Part shown: one piece after another, positions 63,405 to 64,000 of the stretch
Position numbering within the stretch: position 1 is the stretch's first letter
Layout: each line of letters starts with the position of its first letter
From: an uncultured delta proteobacterium
GTDB taxonomy: Bacteria > Desulfobacterota > Desulfobulbia > Desulfobulbales > Desulfocapsaceae
DNA length: 64,000 nt
Reading direction: 5' to 3'
Assembly (NCBI GenBank): GCA_963804605.1
Contig: CAWDRB010000007.1
Coordinates: 107,252-171,251, forward strand
Position numbers and translations under genes: made by a program
Notes under the pieces: generated by a model
Told to the model about the DNA's origin: nothing
Database searches by the model: none
Seen by the model: the letters and a program-made list of their open reading frames with translations, nothing else

Positions 63405-64000
63405 ATGGGTGAGAAGCCTGGACCATCCCTTTCAATATCGGAGCGCCTGACAAGCTGGTATCGGAATCGCCAGGCGGAAATACAGCTTGTTGATGCTGTG
63501 GTTGAAATCGTTGAGCCCAAAATTAGAAACGTCAGGGGGTATCGTCAGCGATTGCGCAGACCCTTGCAGATCTGCCAAAAACACTGCAAGGCGATTGTGG
63601 CGCAAATTCCAGGGCCAATATATCTGGAACGGAAAAATTATTATGCTGATCCGCTCATTAAAGCTGCTTTTGTCGGCTCGGAAAAAATAGAAGATCTGCT
63701 GGCAAGTCCTGAAGCCAATGTGCCGATGCCGGGCGCTCCTGGTTCTGAGCGGTTTGCCCTGCTCACCATGACAAGCACTGAAAAAAAGATTTTTGGCCCC
63801 AAAAAACAGGGTGCCATGATTGTTGCCGATGCCGCAATGCAAACAATTACTTTTACCGAACACAAAATTGTCGGCCTGGCGACAACCTTGGAATCGTCCC
63901 GAAGTGAATTGGAGAAATTGAGCCTGGAGATTATTGCCGAAGCGGCGGCAAGAGAGCTGGCTGGACGAAAATCCCAGCTTACTGATTTGCGCCGGCAAAG
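63405..64000 (+). CDS. Hypothetical protein (partial, runs off the window)
   Basis: AGGAGG RBS; open frame MGEKPG...VDAVVEIVEPKIRNVRGYRQRL...IPGPIYL...; absent from the ORF track because it has no stop in the window. Confidence 0.7.
   Translation, partial: MGEKPGPSLSISERLTSWYRNRQAEIQLVDAVVEIVEPKIRNVRGYRQRLRRPLQICQKHCKAIVAQIPGPIYLERKNYYADPLIKAAFVGSEKIEDLLASPEANVPMPGAPGSERFALLTMTSTEKKIFGPKKQGAMIVADAAMQTITFTEHKIVGLATTLESSRSELEKLSLEIIAEAAARELAGRKSQLTDLRRQ

Noticed and set aside
63432-63998. 188-aa minus-strand ORF
   Set aside because: Antisense shadow of the plus-strand ORF starting at 63405.
1-64000. CRISPR array, tRNA, rRNA, cobalamin riboswitch near eutBC or the radical SAM gene
   Set aside because: No regularly spaced repeats or recognisable RNA signatures by eye; an Infernal/Rfam scan would be needed to exclude them.

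Overview
Bacterial chromosomal window, most consistent with a Desulfobulbales-type sulfur-cycling anaerobe (inferred from gene content only). It has three zones. (1) 1-20 kb: USP proteins, a B12-binding radical SAM gene, Tim44, pdxH, a Ser/Thr phosphatase, two PEP-synthase-like genes, rtcB and a CecR/YbhGFSR-type ABC exporter. (2) 20-28 kb: a decayed defence patch (RHH-RelE/ParE TA; a TOTE-type primase-helicase fused by deletion to an MNT tail plus HEPN), GNATs and a DUF2868 + GTPase pair. Most genes up to about 28 kb are split by indels, and none after 28.4 kb are. (3) 28-64 kb: MscS, a DUF4105 + lipoprotein hydrolase pair, ovoA, and an envelope/sulfur island. The island holds a sigma54 activator with a readable enhancer-IHF-promoter, CoA-disulfide reductase-rhodanese, DUF2092 + small secreted peptide, a K+ channel/SulP/FUSC efflux operon, phsA/psrABC, a repeat-bearing OmpA, a Tat-signal EutB-EutC fusion and a MalT-like LuxR regulator. 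The best candidate for an undescribed system is a regulon marked by four copies of TACAACT-N3-RGGKGATG, each 20-21 bp before a -10-like hexamer. It links the MalT-like regulator to a predicted periplasmic single-chain ethanolamine ammonia-lyase, polysulfide/thiosulfate reductase, the transport operon and a 31-aa Lys-rich micro-protein. No rRNA, tRNA, CRISPR array or intact transposase was seen.
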